DNA of 64,000 nucleotides from Octopus vulgaris (GCA_951406725.2 OX597837.1:27528001-27592000); one strand, 5' to 3'. Positions 1-13,606 are shown, counted from the stretch's first letter. Numbers and translations are program-made. The notes: a model not told the origin generated them from the sequence alone.

Positions 1-49
1 ATTAGGTTTCGCATATATATATATGTATGTATTTGCGAAACCTAATTCC

Positions 50-85
<36 letters not shown>

Positions 86-696
86 TTCCCCCAGCTAAAA
101 TATCATTAAAATAATAGGTCACATAGTTGACATATTTCTATAAACTCCCTCCCTTTCTCTCTCCTTCTCTCCCTTTTACTTCGTTTCCGCCCCTTTTCTT
201 CTTCTTTCTCTCTCTCTCTATTTCTTTCCTCTTTCTGTTACTCTCTCTTTTATTCTGTCTTTCTCTATCTCTCTTTTAACTCCAACTACCTCCACCACAA
301 ACATCAAACTCCCTACACTTTCATTTCATCCTCTCTCTATTTATTCCCCCCCTAAATCCCCTTCTCTTTTTCCACCGCCTTCCTCTTTCTTGTCTTCAAA
401 CCAATATTCATACAACAAAGGCTTAAGTACCAGTTGCATTGGGAACACTTTGAAATAGTAACGACTACAGCAACAAAAACAAGAAGAAGAAGCGGGGTGA
501 AGTTGTCCCCATCGGCAGCTGAATCCTTCTTATAAGGGTTCACACGCCATAATAACGACAATGATGATTTTCAAATATAGGGATGTGACACTGCTTACAT
601 ATATATGTTGTGAATTCCATGCAGTTCCTTAAAGTATGAACAATATAAACGGTGAGTGGAAGTCTGTGAAATATTGGTGAATCGAAAGTGATACAC

Positions 697-1470
697 GAAC
701 GTGGCTCAACAGAAGTTAGGCTTCATTATTCAAGAACGTGGCTCAGTGGAAGTTACGCTTCAGAAGAGCTCAGCAGAAGTTAAGTTTCATTGTTGAAGGT
801 TGTGGTTCAACGTATGCAAAGTCTTATAATTCAAAGACGAGGCTCAATGGAAATTAAGTTTAATAATCAAGGAGGTGGCTCAACGAAAGAAAAGCTTCAT
901 TGTTGAAGTTGGTGGTTTAACGAAAGCAGTCTTATAATTCAAAGACGAGGCGCAATGGAAATTAAGTTTAATAATCAAGGACGTGGCTCAACGAAAGAAA
1001 AGCTTCATTGTTGAAGTTGGTGGTTTAACGAAAGCAGTCTTATAATTCAAAGACGAGGCTCAATGGAAATTAAGTTTAATAATCAAGGACGTGGCTCAAC
1101 GGAAGTTAAGCTTCATTGTTGAAGGTGGTGGTTTAACGAAAGCAGTCTTATAATTCAAAAAACGTGGTTTAATTGGAGTTAAAGTTCATTTTTGAAGGTG
1201 GCGGTTCAACGAAAGCAAAGTCTTGTAATTCAAAGACGTGTCTGAGTTTCATTGTTGAAGGTGGTGGTTTAAACGAAAGCAGTCTTATAATTCAAAAACG
1301 AGGCTCAATGGAAATTAAGCTTAATAATCAAGAACGTGGCTCAATTGAAGTTGAGCTTCATTGTTGAAGGTGGTGGTTCAACGAAAGCAAAGTCTTACAA
1401 TTCAAAAATGTGGCTGAATGACAAATAATTTTAATAAGGAAGGACGTGGCTCAACGGAAATTAAGCTTTG
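697..1470. repeat. Minisatellite: ~36-bp monomers in a 108-bp (3-mer) higher-order unit
   Basis: AATTAAGTTTAATAATCAAGGA recurs at 852, 960 and 1068 (period 108); the three sub-units share AAG(C/T)TT...GTGG(C/T)T(C/T)AA. Confidence 0.9.
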
Positions 1471-1789
1471 TTGTTTAGGAATGATAAGGCAGCGAGCTAA
1501 CAGAACCATTAGCATGCCGGATAAAATGCTTAACGGAATTTCGTCCGTCTTTATTTACTAAGCTCAAATTTAGGCCGAGGACGACTTTACTTTTCATCTT
1601 TTCGAGATCGATAAAATAAGTACCAATCAAGTTCCGCTCCTCTTAAAAACCCGATGCCAAAACTTGAAAGCATTATTGAGGGATGTGGCTCAATAAGAAT
1701 TAAGCTTCATTATTTGATATTTCAACAGCAACAGAAAAATACAAACAGCGAAAAACAAAGAAAAAAGAAAAGAAAAAAGAAAAGAAAAG

Positions 1790-1941
1790 CGAGGGTGCAG
1801 GTAAAAAACTTGCTTCTCAACCACATGGTTCTGAGTTCAGACCCACTGCGTGACACCTTGGGCAAGTGTCTTCTATTATAGCCTTGGACCAATCAAAGCC
1901 TTGTGAGTGGATTTGGTTGACAGAAATTGAAAGACGCCCGT

Positions 1942-1984
<43 letters not shown>

Positions 1985-2137
1985 GCATATTTTTTTCGCT
2001 CCTTGTTTTTTCTGTAGAAGAGCGTAGGCTCGAAATGTAAAAGACTTTTTCTATTTCTGAGCGTTATACTAATACATCTGTTTGTTTTGTACACCACCTG
2101 TCTTCGTCTTGTGTTTTTTCGTAAACTCTCCCTATAC

Positions 2138-2187
<50 letters not shown>

Positions 2188-2330
2188 ATGTGTGTGTGCG
2201 CGCGTGTATGCGTATCTGTGTCAGCCCCCACCCCAGCGCTTGACAACCGGTGCTGGTGTGTTCGCACCCTCTACCTTAGTTGTCTTGCAAAAGTAGACCG
2301 ATAGAATATAAGTACTAAGCTTAAACACAC
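1790..2330 (+). mobile_element. SINE family A copy with an HHR element inserted in its internal (TA)n tract
   Basis: Head and body ACCTTGGGCAAGTGTCTTC...GTGAGTGGATTTGG and tail part GACAACCGGTGCTGGTGTG match the other family A copies. Confidence 0.85.
2007..2044 (+). ncRNA. Minimal type I hammerhead-like motif, variant core CUGUAGA
   Basis: TTTTT-CTGTAGA-A-GAGC gtag GCTC-GAAA-TG-TA-AAAGA. Confidence 0.6.
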
Positions 2331-2512
2331 ACATATATATTCTCTTTTTTCTCTTTTACTTGTTTCAGTCATTTGACTGCGGCCATGCTGGAGCACCGCC
2401 TTTTAATCGAGCAACTCGACCCCGGGACTTATTCTTTGTAAGTCCAGTACTTATTCTATCGGTCTCTTTTGCCGAGCCGCTAAGTGACGGGGACATAAGC
2501 ACACCAGCATCG

Positions 2513-2716
2513 TACGACAGAAACAGGAAGTAAGAGTGAGAGAAAATTGTGGTGTAAGAGTACAGCAGGGATCACCACCATCCCCTGCCGGAGCCTCATG
2601 GAGCTTTTTAGGTGTTTTCGCTCAATAAACACTCACAACGCCCGGTCTGGGAATCGAAACCGCGATCCTATGACCGCGAGTCCGCTGCCCTAACCACTGG
2701 GCCTTTGCGCCTCCAC
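2513..2716 (-). mobile_element. SINE family C, 5' part
   Basis: Reverse complement of the head at 5473-5670. Confidence 0.85.
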
Positions 2717-2896
2717 GAAAAAGTAACTATGAAAATAACAATAATCGACAACTGATCAGGACTGAAATATTTTCTCTATGTAGCCCTTTCGGCCCCAGGG
2801 ATACAAGCTGAAAAGACTTTGAGGACGATCCATCAGCCCGACAAAACAAAAGTTTTGAAGGGTAATAACCTATCAGGGACCGTATTTCAGTAGATA

Positions 2897-3415
2897 TCTT
2901 TATATATAAAACTAAAGTTGTGTGTGTGTGTGTGTCTGTCTACTCCGATTTAGATTCCTAACTACTCCCACATTTTGCGGTGCAGTTTAACCAAATTCGG
3001 GTATCTTATAGTCGTGATTCATATCGAGCCCTTCTGGGTATTAGCGCGCGTCTACGATGAGTCTACGATTTTAAAAATAATTTAACATCATTTTTTATTC
3101 CATTTTAATGCATAATTTTTCGTGTGTCGATGGCGGCGGAGTTGGCGTCCATGGTCACACCTGCACCTGTTTGCTTCTCCCACTTCTTCCCTCCCTCGTG
3201 AAGCTGTGGGGAAGGGAGTGTAAGGAAATCAACGTCGTAAAGCGTTGTCAAGGAGACCAGCGTTCTTTTAGAACAACGACTTCATGGCTTGAAGACACCA
3301 AAACAGAAATGGCTAAGAAAGCCCGAATTGGCATCTATAAAGGAAGTAACTCTCTAAAAATGCTTATATAGTTATTTCCCTTACAAACCCGAGCAACGCC
3401 GGGCGATACTGCTAG
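2897..3415 (+). mobile_element. Non-autonomous Helitron
   Basis: A|TCTTTATATATAAA start; 3' hairpin CCCG-agcaacgc-CGGG (3388-3403), then CTAG|T; insertion between A and T without TSD, the canonical Helitron termini. Confidence 0.85.
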
Positions 3416-3609
3416 TTATATATAACTTTATATATAACGTTTGGCCTGCTCGCCTAGCCAGCGGGATGGCGTCATTTGAAGGCTAAAACAATGCGAACGC
3501 ATTGCGACCAGCGATGTGTAACTACATCTGATGGACTGATCGGTCACGTGATCACGTGATATAACGTATGTATACGTACATAGATACATACATACACACA
3601 TATACACAT

Positions 3610-4017
3610 ACTCTTTTACTTGTTTCAGACATTTGACTGTGGCCATGCTGGAGCACCGCCTTTAGTCGAGCAAATCGACCCCAGGACTTATTCTTCGTAA
3701 ACCTAGTACTTATTCCATAGGTTTCTTTTTGCAGAACCGCTAAGATACGGCGACGTAAAACACACCAGCATCGGTTGTCAAGCGATTGGGGAGGGGGACA
3801 AACACAGACATATATATATAATTAATCCAAACATGAAAGCACAAAAAAACACAACAACGCGAGGACGTGGAACAAATATAGTATTATTGGACGCTCAGGA
3901 AAGAAGGAAGAAAGGAGGGTTTAACGTTTCGAGCGGAGCTCTTCGTCGGAAACATAGGAGAAGGAAAAATCCAGAGAAGGGAGACAGACGAAAAAAAAAT
4001 CGCTAACGGTACACACG

Positions 4018-4074
<57 letters not shown>

Positions 4075-4240
4075 CGACAGGCTTCTTTCAGTTCCTGTCT
4101 ATCAAATCCACTCACAAGACTTTTGTCGGCCCGAGGCTATAATAGAATACACTTGCACAAGGTGCCACGCAGTGGGACTGAACCCGGAACCATGTAGTTG
4201 GTTAGCAAGGTAGTTACCACACAGCCACTCTTACGCCTAC
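3610..4240 (-). mobile_element. SINE family A copy interrupted at its (TA)n tract by an HHR element (3821-4020)
   Basis: Tail half 3610-3810 and head half 4070-4240 match family A. Confidence 0.85.
3919..3953 (-). ncRNA. Minimal type I hammerhead ribozyme, core CCGACGA (U4C)
   Basis: Minus strand GTTT-CCGACGA-A-GAGC tcc GCTC-GAAA-CG-TT-AAAC; palindromic AACGTT in place of stem III. Confidence 0.7.
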
Positions 4241-4734
4241 ATATGTATATTTGAATTTATGTGTTTGTCTACGTGTGTGCGCATGCGTCTTGACACGCGT
4301 ATGTACAAAGCATTGCCTGCCTCTTCCCCGTCTATGCCTCAGTAGGAGATGTAGTGTATATATACACGCGCACATGCACAGACATATATATATATGTGTG
4401 AGTGTGTGTGTAATGGGGTTGAATATAATAATGTTGACGTGACAAGAGGCTAAAGGAAATGCTATCTTATACATGCAGTGGTAGCCTTTGTATGTATGGC
4501 ATTGTTTATACATACATACATACATACATACAGTATATATAACAAAAATACAAAATGGGACAAGAACGCAAAACATCCAGAAGACGATACAAAAAACACG
4601 GACGGGTCATTCGAAGCCTTTAATCTTCAGTCAAGAACCGGATCATCCTCGCAATTTTGGCTGATTAATCTTGAGATTGCTCCAATCTGGCCAGCCCCAA
4701 GGAAAAACTAAGCTAAGAGCATTAGATTCCTTGG

Positions 4735-4828
4735 AAAGTTACTGGGATGTAAACACACCAGCATCGGTTGTCAAGCGATGTTGAGGGGGGGGGGGCACAA
4801 ACACTGACACACAAACATATATACACAC

Positions 4829-4875
<47 letters not shown>

Positions 4876-5046
4876 CATATGATGGGCTTCTTTCAGTTTC
4901 CGTCTACCAAATCCAATCACAAGGCTTTTGTTGGCCCGAGGCTATAGTAGAAGACACTTTGCCCAAGGTACCACGCAGTGGGACTGAACCCGGAACCATG
5001 TAGTTTGTAAGCAAGCTACTTACCACACAGACACTCCTACGTCTAT
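4735..5046 (-). mobile_element. SINE family A copy
   Basis: Matches the family A body and head. Confidence 0.85.
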
Positions 5047-5470
5047 GGTATATATATATATATGTTTATGTTTGTGTCTGGGCAAGTATATAAGCCTGTG
5101 GATGCATACATAGAAATACACACACACACACATATACACATGTATATATTTGTTAGGGAAACGATTAGTGCGTCGGACAAAATGCTTTATTTTTGGCCCT
5201 TTATACGTTCTGAGTTCAAGTTTCACTAAAACGACTCCTGCCTCCTCACACCTCCCTGATCGATAAATTTATGTACCCTTCATATACGGGGCTCCATATG
5301 CTCAACAATCAACTCCCCCCTCCACCATCCCGACATGAGAAATTTCGCTACTGACCCATGGAGAAGTAATTCGTATCGCTTTCCAAGAGCTGCCGTATGT
5401 TTAATGGGTAAGAGAAATACACTGAACATTCTATATTACTCCATACCCGTATCAAGTAATAGGTCCCATG

Positions 5471-5861
5471 TAGTGGAGGTGCAATGGCCCAGTGGTTAGG
5501 GCAGCAGACTCGCGGTCATAGGATCGTGGTTTCGATTCCCAGACCGGGCGTTGTGAGTGTTTATTGAGCGAAAACACCTAAAAGCTCCACGAGGCTCCGG
5601 CAGGGGATGGTGGTGATCCCTGCTGTACTCTTTCACCACAACTTTCTCTCACTCTTACTTCCTGTTTCTGTTGTACCTGTATTTCAAGGGGCCGGCCTTG
5701 TCACTCTCTGTGTCACGCTGAATATCCCCGAGAACTACGTTAAGGGTACACGTGTCTGTGGAGTGCTCAGCCACTTACACGTTAATTTCACGAGCAGGCT
5801 GTTCCGTTGATTCGGATCAACCGGAACCCTCATCGTCGTAACCGACGGAGTGCTTCCATCC
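5471..5861 (+). mobile_element. Full-length tRNA-headed SINE family C with 13-bp TSD
   Basis: A box TGGCCCAGTGG, B box GTTTCGATTCC; TSD AATAGGTCCCATG at 5458-5470 and 5862-5874. Confidence 0.9.
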
Positions 5862-6009
5862 AATAGGTCCCATGAGTATGCAGAGACAACTCGTTACTGA
5901 AAGCGACAATTCCACTGCGAAATGTGCAGTTGTCCGATTGTCTTGATATGAGGAGTTCAAATCCCAGCTAGAAATACAACGATAGATTTGAAATGTCCCA
6001 TGAAAGTTA

Positions 6010-6584
6010 ACGAACTGGCAGAATCGTTAGCACGCCGGGCGAAATGCTTAGCGGTATTTCGTCTGCCGTGACGTTCTGAGTTCAATTTCGCCGAGGTCGA
6101 CTTTGCCTTTCATCCTTTCGGGGTCCATTAAATAAGTACCAGTTACGCACTGGGGTCAATGTAATCGATTTAATCCGTTTGTCTGTCCTTGTTTGTCCTA
6201 TCTGTGTTTAGCCCCTTGTGGGTAGTAAAGAAATAGGTATTTCGTCTGCCGCTACGTTCTGAGTTCAAATTCCGCCGAGGTCGACTTTGCCTTTCATCCT
6301 TTCGGGGTCGATAAATTAAGTACCAGTTACGCACTGGGGTCAATATAATCGACTTAATCCGTTTGTCTGTCCTTGTTTGTCCTATCTGTGTTTAGCCCCT
6401 TGTGGGTAGTAAAGAAATAGGTATTTCGTCTGTCACTACATTCTGAGTTCAAATTCCGCTGAGGTCGACTTTGCCTTTCATCCTTTCGGGGTCGATTAAA
6501 TACGTACCAGTTGCGCACTGGGATCGATGTAATCGACTTAATATTTTCCCCCAAATTTCAGGCCTTGTGTCTACAGCAGAACGG

Positions 6585-6590
<6 letters not shown>
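6010..6590 (+). mobile_element. SINE family B with ~184-bp internal tandem triplication and (ATT)n tail
   Basis: GTCTG...TTCTGAGTTCAA...GAGGTCGACTTTGCCTTTCATCC recurs at 6061, 6244 and 6428. Confidence 0.9.
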
Positions 6591-6626
<36 letters not shown>

Positions 6627-6680
6627 TTGTTTTAGTTAATTATAGGTATATCGTTATTTATTGAGTCATTGCTTCGGCAC

Positions 6681-6853
6681 CAGTGCCTTAGCTAATGGGT
6701 GTGTCGTCCGGGGAAGCCCTTCAGGCCCACCTTCATCCGGGGCTCCAGGGCTATATATACAAGCTTACGCAACAGACCCCAAATGTGCCACTTCCATAAA
6801 AGCGTTGCCTGGGCTGGGCCGCTACCCTCGCCCACACTCCACCTACGCTACTG
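6681..6853. mobile_element. Possible degenerate hAT-like MITE
   Basis: Imperfect TIRs CAGTGCCTTAGCT / ACCTACGCTACTG around a GC-rich core; TSD not convincing. Confidence 0.35.
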
Positions 6854-6950
6854 TTATGTACCGATCTCAAGGTAGGGCATATCTAGGTGTACTTAGGCAC
6901 ATGTGTGCGTGTGCGTATGTGTGCGTGTGTGTATGTATATGTGTGTGCGC

Positions 6951-6987
<37 letters not shown>

Positions 6988-7117
6988 TGTGTCTGTGTGA
7001 ATGTGTACGTGCGTTTGCTTGGTAATCAGCACCGTAAACCCACACGCAAAGGTTTTCGCGTGACATCAGTGCGTTGTGAGGAACAACCTAGCGATTGCCT
7101 ATCTGCCTGTCTGTCTG

Positions 7118-7150
<33 letters not shown>

Positions 7151-7222
7151 ATCCCTCCACCTTTCTCTTCTCTCCCCCCACCTTTCTTTCTCACGACCCC
7201 TTTTCCGTGACCTCTTACACAG

Positions 7223-7322
7223 GTGGGATGAAAACCGGAAGTCATACCCTCAAACCGATTCCACGCTCGAGTACTTCCAACACTTATTCCAAGACAGAAA
7301 TAGGCCAACTCAACGCCGTTAA
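7223..7322 (+). CDS. Candidate terminal coding exon (WDENRKSYPQTDSTLEYFQHLFQDRNRPTQRR*)
   Basis: Long pyrimidine tract ending CTTACACAG at 7222, then a non-repetitive open frame to TAA; no homologue recognised. Confidence 0.3.
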
Positions 7323-7469
7323 TTCGCCGTGGTGGTCAAATTTTATGATGTCAAATATTTTATGCGAAATTTAATACGACCAAAAGAACGCTACTGGTAC
7401 AGGTTGGGACAGGTTTAAACCGGATAGCGAAGGTTAGGTACATACATACATACATACATACATACATAA

Positions 7470-7557
<88 letters not shown>

Positions 7558-7564
7558 TTTTTTC

Positions 7565-8050
<486 letters not shown>

Positions 8051-8163
8051 TATAAATAAATTTATATAAATAAGGATAAGATCGTTAATTTAAATACCGA
8101 TCTTATCAAGTGGCCCGTATGGGAATAAAAACCTTCAAAGGTAATAATAATTATCAAAATTAT

Positions 8164-8313
8164 AATTTGGGGTATCTAAGAGATACCTCCACGCTGGAAA
8201 TAGCAGCCAAAACTTGACTCTCTCCTGGTGCTGTATGAACATTTAATGTGGTTTTAGAGTCAAGTTTTGGCTGCTATTTCCAGCGTGGCGGTATCTCTTA
8301 GATACCCCAAATT
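8164..8313. repeat. Fold-back inverted repeat, 58-bp arms
   Basis: 8164-8221 is the reverse complement of 8256-8313 with one mismatch. Confidence 0.9.
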
Positions 8314-8424
8314 TTAATATATATATATATATATATACGATATATATTACTTTATATAATTAGGGTTCAGCAAAAAAATTTACTTTACCACACACCGAAC
8401 TTTTAGAAATAGCAGCCAAAGAAT

Positions 8425-8488
<64 letters not shown>

Positions 8489-8618
8489 GAAATGAAGAAA
8501 ATGCTGACAAAATAATTTAAGTAATTTAAGTAATTTAATTAGGTGAAGTTCTTTTTACCGGTTGCGCGTTTGTTATGCTTATCCAAAGATTAGAGTTCCT
8601 TTCTGATAGATTTTTTAC

Positions 8619-8695
<77 letters not shown>

Positions 8696-9232
8696 ATATA
8701 AATCTATATATATACTTTGATACTTTGATAGGTTTCGGCCATTATTGGCCCAGGCCATGTCTAACTTAATAGCACCAATATATATGGTGTGTGTGTGTGT
8801 ATAAATATGAAAAATGGAAAGTGATTTACAATAAAGTGAGAAAATAGATTTAATTCTTCAAAACAAATTACAAAAATAAAAAGAAAAGCAAGGAAGCGAA
8901 AACCAAAGAGAAACCAATATCTAAAGAAAATTTGCAAGACTTGTAATTTGGAGCGTGTGTCTGTGTATGCATAGATATATATATATGTGTGTAGAGTCTA
9001 CAGTGATCCGTATGTAGGGGGAGGTGCAGACGGGGGGGGGGGGGATAACCAAACGAGAATTCGTAAAGGGTGGATAGTGAAGCCAGTGGAGAAGTTCGTG
9101 TGTGGTAAGAAATGATAGGATCAACATGTGTGACCATATACAAGTGTATATATTTACATGTATATGTTTATATATTTGTATAGATATATGTACGTATACA
9201 TTTACGTGTATATATATATATGTGTGTGTGTG

Positions 9233-9306
<74 letters not shown>

Positions 9307-9448
9307 CATACACACATACATATGCAAGTATATACAAGTGCGTATAAATATACGTACTTAAAATGTATATAATTATGTGTTTCTGTGCATGAATACAATG
9401 ATAAACTGATAAGTTTATAGTATATATATATATATATATATAAATTTT

Positions 9449-9663
9449 AAGGACTGACCACGAAAAGTGGACGGTCAATATGCTAGATATAGACGTCAAA
9501 ATCGCTATTTTCCACGAAGAATGTGTTCTCAAGAAAAAAACTTTTTTACACTTTGGTTTTGTGCTGAGTTTTTTTTTTCTTGAGAACACATTCTTCGTGG
9601 AAAATAGCGATTTTGACGTCTATATCTAGCATATTGACCGTCCACTTTTCGTGGTCAGTCCTT
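9449..9663. repeat. Perfect fold-back inverted repeat, 92-bp arms
   Basis: 9449-9540 is the reverse complement of 9572-9663; a single-arm relative lies at ~10247-10465. Confidence 0.95.
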
Positions 9664-9761
9664 TAAATTTTGTATGTGAAAAATATTTTAATCTTCGGAT
9701 TTTTTTTTAATATGCTAGGCCACTGGTTTTAATTGATTAATATCAATTTCTACCCTTATTC

Positions 9762-9810
<49 letters not shown>

Positions 9811-10199
9811 CAATAAGAGAATGGAGGGGATCAATAGGTGGTTCATCAACTTTTAGACATAATATTATGTCAACTAATTTATTTGTTTACTAAAATGACA
9901 ATTACAAGAATATACATACATGTATAACATATTATTAACATATTATGCTTTACATATAAAAATATACTAATATATAAAGATATATATATATATATATTTC
10001 GTTTTTGGATTTGGTTTGCAAGATTCTTTATATGAGTTCGTGTGTTGAAGCATATTCTGTTGTGTCTGGACTATTGAAAAGGTTGCAAGACACCAAAGAA
10101 AATTTTTCGGAAAATAAAAATAAGAGTCAAGTGGAAATTTTACCGGTGAGTGTGTTTACATTATAAGGCACAAGAAAATGACTCTCCCTAGACACAACA

Positions 10200-10242
<43 letters not shown>

Positions 10243-10471
10243 AATTAAGGACTGAACACGAAAAAGTGGACAGTCAACATGCTAGATATAGACGTCAAAT
10301 CGCCATTCTCCACAAAAGATTATGTTCTCAGATTAAACTCAGATCAAACTGGTATATATAAATATATAAATATTAATATAAATATTAAATCTTCGGATTC
10401 TTTTTTTAATATGCTAGACCACTGGTTTTAATTGATAAATATTGATTTCTACCCTTAATTAATTTTATAAA

Positions 10472-10509
<38 letters not shown>

Positions 10510-10946
10510 CTTACATATATATGTATGTATAAATAGGATACAACCGCATTACCTGTAATATTTTGGTTTTCCATATCTGTCTGGTCTAGTTTCATTCTCA
10601 GGTAAAACAAAAAAAGTTAAGGGGATCCCACGTCACATTAACAATCGTAATATTGCACTTACTACTAATAGTAGTATTAGTAGTTTGTGGTAGTAATTAG
10701 AATAATGATGACGATGATGATGATGGTGGCGTTGGTGGTGGTAGTAAAAAGTAATCCGACATTATTGGTATTTGCTGTTTAGGTAAAAAGCACAGACATC
10801 CTCCGAGTGTCAACGGCGCGAAATATGTATGAAGCTTACATCCGTCTACACGTACGTACGTATGTATGTATGTATGTATGTATGTATGTATGTATGTATG
10901 TATGTATGTATGTATGTATGTATGTATGTATGTATGTATGTATGTA

Positions 10947-10977
<31 letters not shown>

Positions 10978-11469
10978 TTATGTATGTATGTATGTATGTA
11001 TGTATGTATGTATGTATGTATGTATGTATGTATGTATGTATGTATGTATGTATGTATGTATGTATGTATGTATGTATGTATGTATGTATGTATGTGTGTA
11101 TGTATGTCTAAGTATGTATGTATGTATGTATGTGAGTATGTATGTATGTATGTATGTATGTATGTATGTATGTATGTGTGTATGTATGTATTTATTTATG
11201 TATGTATGTACACACGCATACAAATCTAGTATATAATGTGTGTGTCAGTGTGTTTTGAGTTTAATGACTTCTGTTTGCAGCACTTATTATAAGTAAATGT
11301 AAGACTTTTGTGTCGTTGTATTTGTTGTTGTTGCTGTTGATAACGTGTTGTCATAGCAATAAAATTTGCATATGCGTAAGTATCTGTTTGTGTGTACCAC
11401 TATGTCTACGTTTGTGCAGATATATACATATACACGCATTCATACAAAATATTTATCTATTATATATAT

Positions 11470-11866
11470 ATAGGTGCAGGAGTGGCTGTGTGGTAAGTAG
11501 CTTGCTTACCAATCACATGCTCCCGGGTTCAATCCCACTGCGTGGCACCTTGGGAAAGTGTCTTCTGCTATAGCCTCGGGCCGACCAAAGTTTTGTGTGT
11601 GAATTTCGTAGACGGAAACTGAAAGAAGCAAGTCGTATATGTATATATGTGTGTGTTTGCGTGTGTATATGTTTGTGTGTCTGTCGCGCCAACATCGCTT
11701 GACAACCGATGCTGGTGTATTCACGTCCCCGTAACTTAGCAGTTCGGCTAAAGATCCTCGATAGAATAAGTACTAGGCTGGAGTCGATTTGCTCGACTAG
11801 AGGCGGTGCTCCAGCATGGCCGCAGTCAAAATGACTGAAACAAGTAGAAGAATAAAAAGAATAAAA

Positions 11867-11870
<4 letters not shown>
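11470..11870 (+). mobile_element. SINE family A copy
   Basis: TAGGTGCAGGAGTGGCTGTGTGG head to CCAGCATGGCCGCAGTC...GAAACAAG tail. Confidence 0.9.
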
Positions 11871-11902
<32 letters not shown>

Positions 11903-11958
11903 GTACGTGTGTGTGTGTATATATATATATGTGTGTGTGTATGTGTATATATATATAT

Positions 11959-12011
<53 letters not shown>

Positions 12012-12619
12012 AGTTCACTAGCACAAATAGTATATAAATTAATAAACTTATAAATGTAAGGATCTGTATATAATAATGAAAGAAGTGTGTACGTATATGT
12101 TTATGTGTGTATATATGCTTATGTGTGTATATATTAACAGCGTATATGTATGTATATATACATGTTGCATATATATAAAAAAATTATATAATGTACACAT
12201 ACATTTATATATATATTATGAATATATATGAATATATATACTATATATATATATATATTTTTTCTTCAATATATCATCCATACGTGTGTATATGCATATT
12301 ATATTATGTATGTATGTTGATATGTAATTTCATTTAGACCGTCGTCTGCGACGTCTGTACTCATGTTCTGTCATTTGGTAAAATGTTCAACTTTACTTTT
12401 TCTTATGAAACCAACAGCACCCCCGGAACCCTTTCTCTCACTGCCACTCTTTTTCTCTCTGTTTGTGTCTGTATGTCTCTTTTTCTCTGATTCTGTCTGT
12501 ACGTCTGTATGTATGTCTGTCTCTTTCGTTTTTAATATTCTTTTATTTTATTTTTTTTTTGTTTTTTTCGGAAGACGTCTCATAATTCTCTCTTTTTCAC
12601 TCTGTCACCATCAAAAGCC

Positions 12620-12993
12620 AGCACTACCACCACCACACCACGGCCAACGCCACCGCCACAACCACCGCCACCACCACCACCACCACCACCACCACCACCA
12701 CCGCCACAACCACGAACGACGACCACCGCCGCTACCACTACTACCACCACCACCACTACCACCGCCACCACCACTACCATCACTACCCTTCACTACGACC
12801 ATGGCCACCACGACCATCACTACCACGACCACTGCCGCCGTCATCACCACCTCCACCGCCACTACCAATACAACCATCATCACCACCACCACGACCGTCA
12901 CCACCACCACCATTCTCATCATTATCATCATCACCTCCACCGCCACTATCAATACAACCATCATCACCACCACCACCACCACCACCACCATTC

Positions 12994-13028
<35 letters not shown>

Positions 13029-13030
13029 GT
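12620..13030. repeat. (CAC)n/(CAT)n low-complexity tract
   Basis: Direct inspection. Confidence 0.9.
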
Positions 13031-13549
13031 CATCAGTCTCCCATTCTTTCTTTCCTCCTCCTCCTCCTCATCCCGCTTCTTTATCCGCTCAGACCCCCCT
13101 CTCCCCCACCCCACCTCCACCTTTCCGTCCTCACTTTTCTCTCTCTCCCTCCATCCCCCTCTCTCTCTCTCTATATATATATATCTCCTCACTCTCAGCC
13201 TCTTTCAATCTCTGTTTTCTGCGCTTATTATGATATCCACTACAAACCCTCCCTCCACCACCCTCCACCCTCTCTCTCTCTGTCAACCACACAAGTAGTG
13301 GGGATAGGGCAGCGGCAGCGGCGGCGGCGGCGGTGGTGGTGGTGGTGGTGGTGCAGGGGGTTATCCCTTCTAAAAGGGAAGACAGAGGGGGTGGGGGAGG
13401 GGGTGGTGGTTTGTGGTGGTGGAGGTGTCGACTTGAAACTGAACTAAATAGACGGAAGTCTCTATAACTGCGTCGTTGTAATTCCTCTTGTGTGTGTGTG
13501 TGTATGGCTAAGTGTGTGTGTGTGTATGTGTGTGTGTGTGTATGTGTGT

Positions 13550-13606
<57 letters not shown>

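Noticed and set aside
1-46. 13-bp inverted repeat ATTAGGTTTCGCA/TGCGAAACCTAAT around a TA tract
   Set aside because: Truncated by the window edge; no CUGANGA box visible
697-1470. CRISPR-like array (36-bp repeats)
   Set aside because: Contiguous monomers with no unique spacers, no cas genes, and a eukaryotic context
4540-4740. Repeat (also 49235-49375) with minus-strand CTGAAGA and GGCTG...CAGCC-GAAA
   Set aside because: The boxes are not in an order that closes a hammerhead; kept only as an unclassified repeat
6661-7374. 237-aa ORF as a gene
   Set aside because: Spans a MITE-like repeat and (GT)n/(CT)n tracts; only the short 7223-7322 segment, in another frame, is retained as a candidate
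12363-13298. 311-aa His/Pro/Thr-rich ORF
   Set aside because: (CAC)n/(CAT)n low complexity with no domain or splice support
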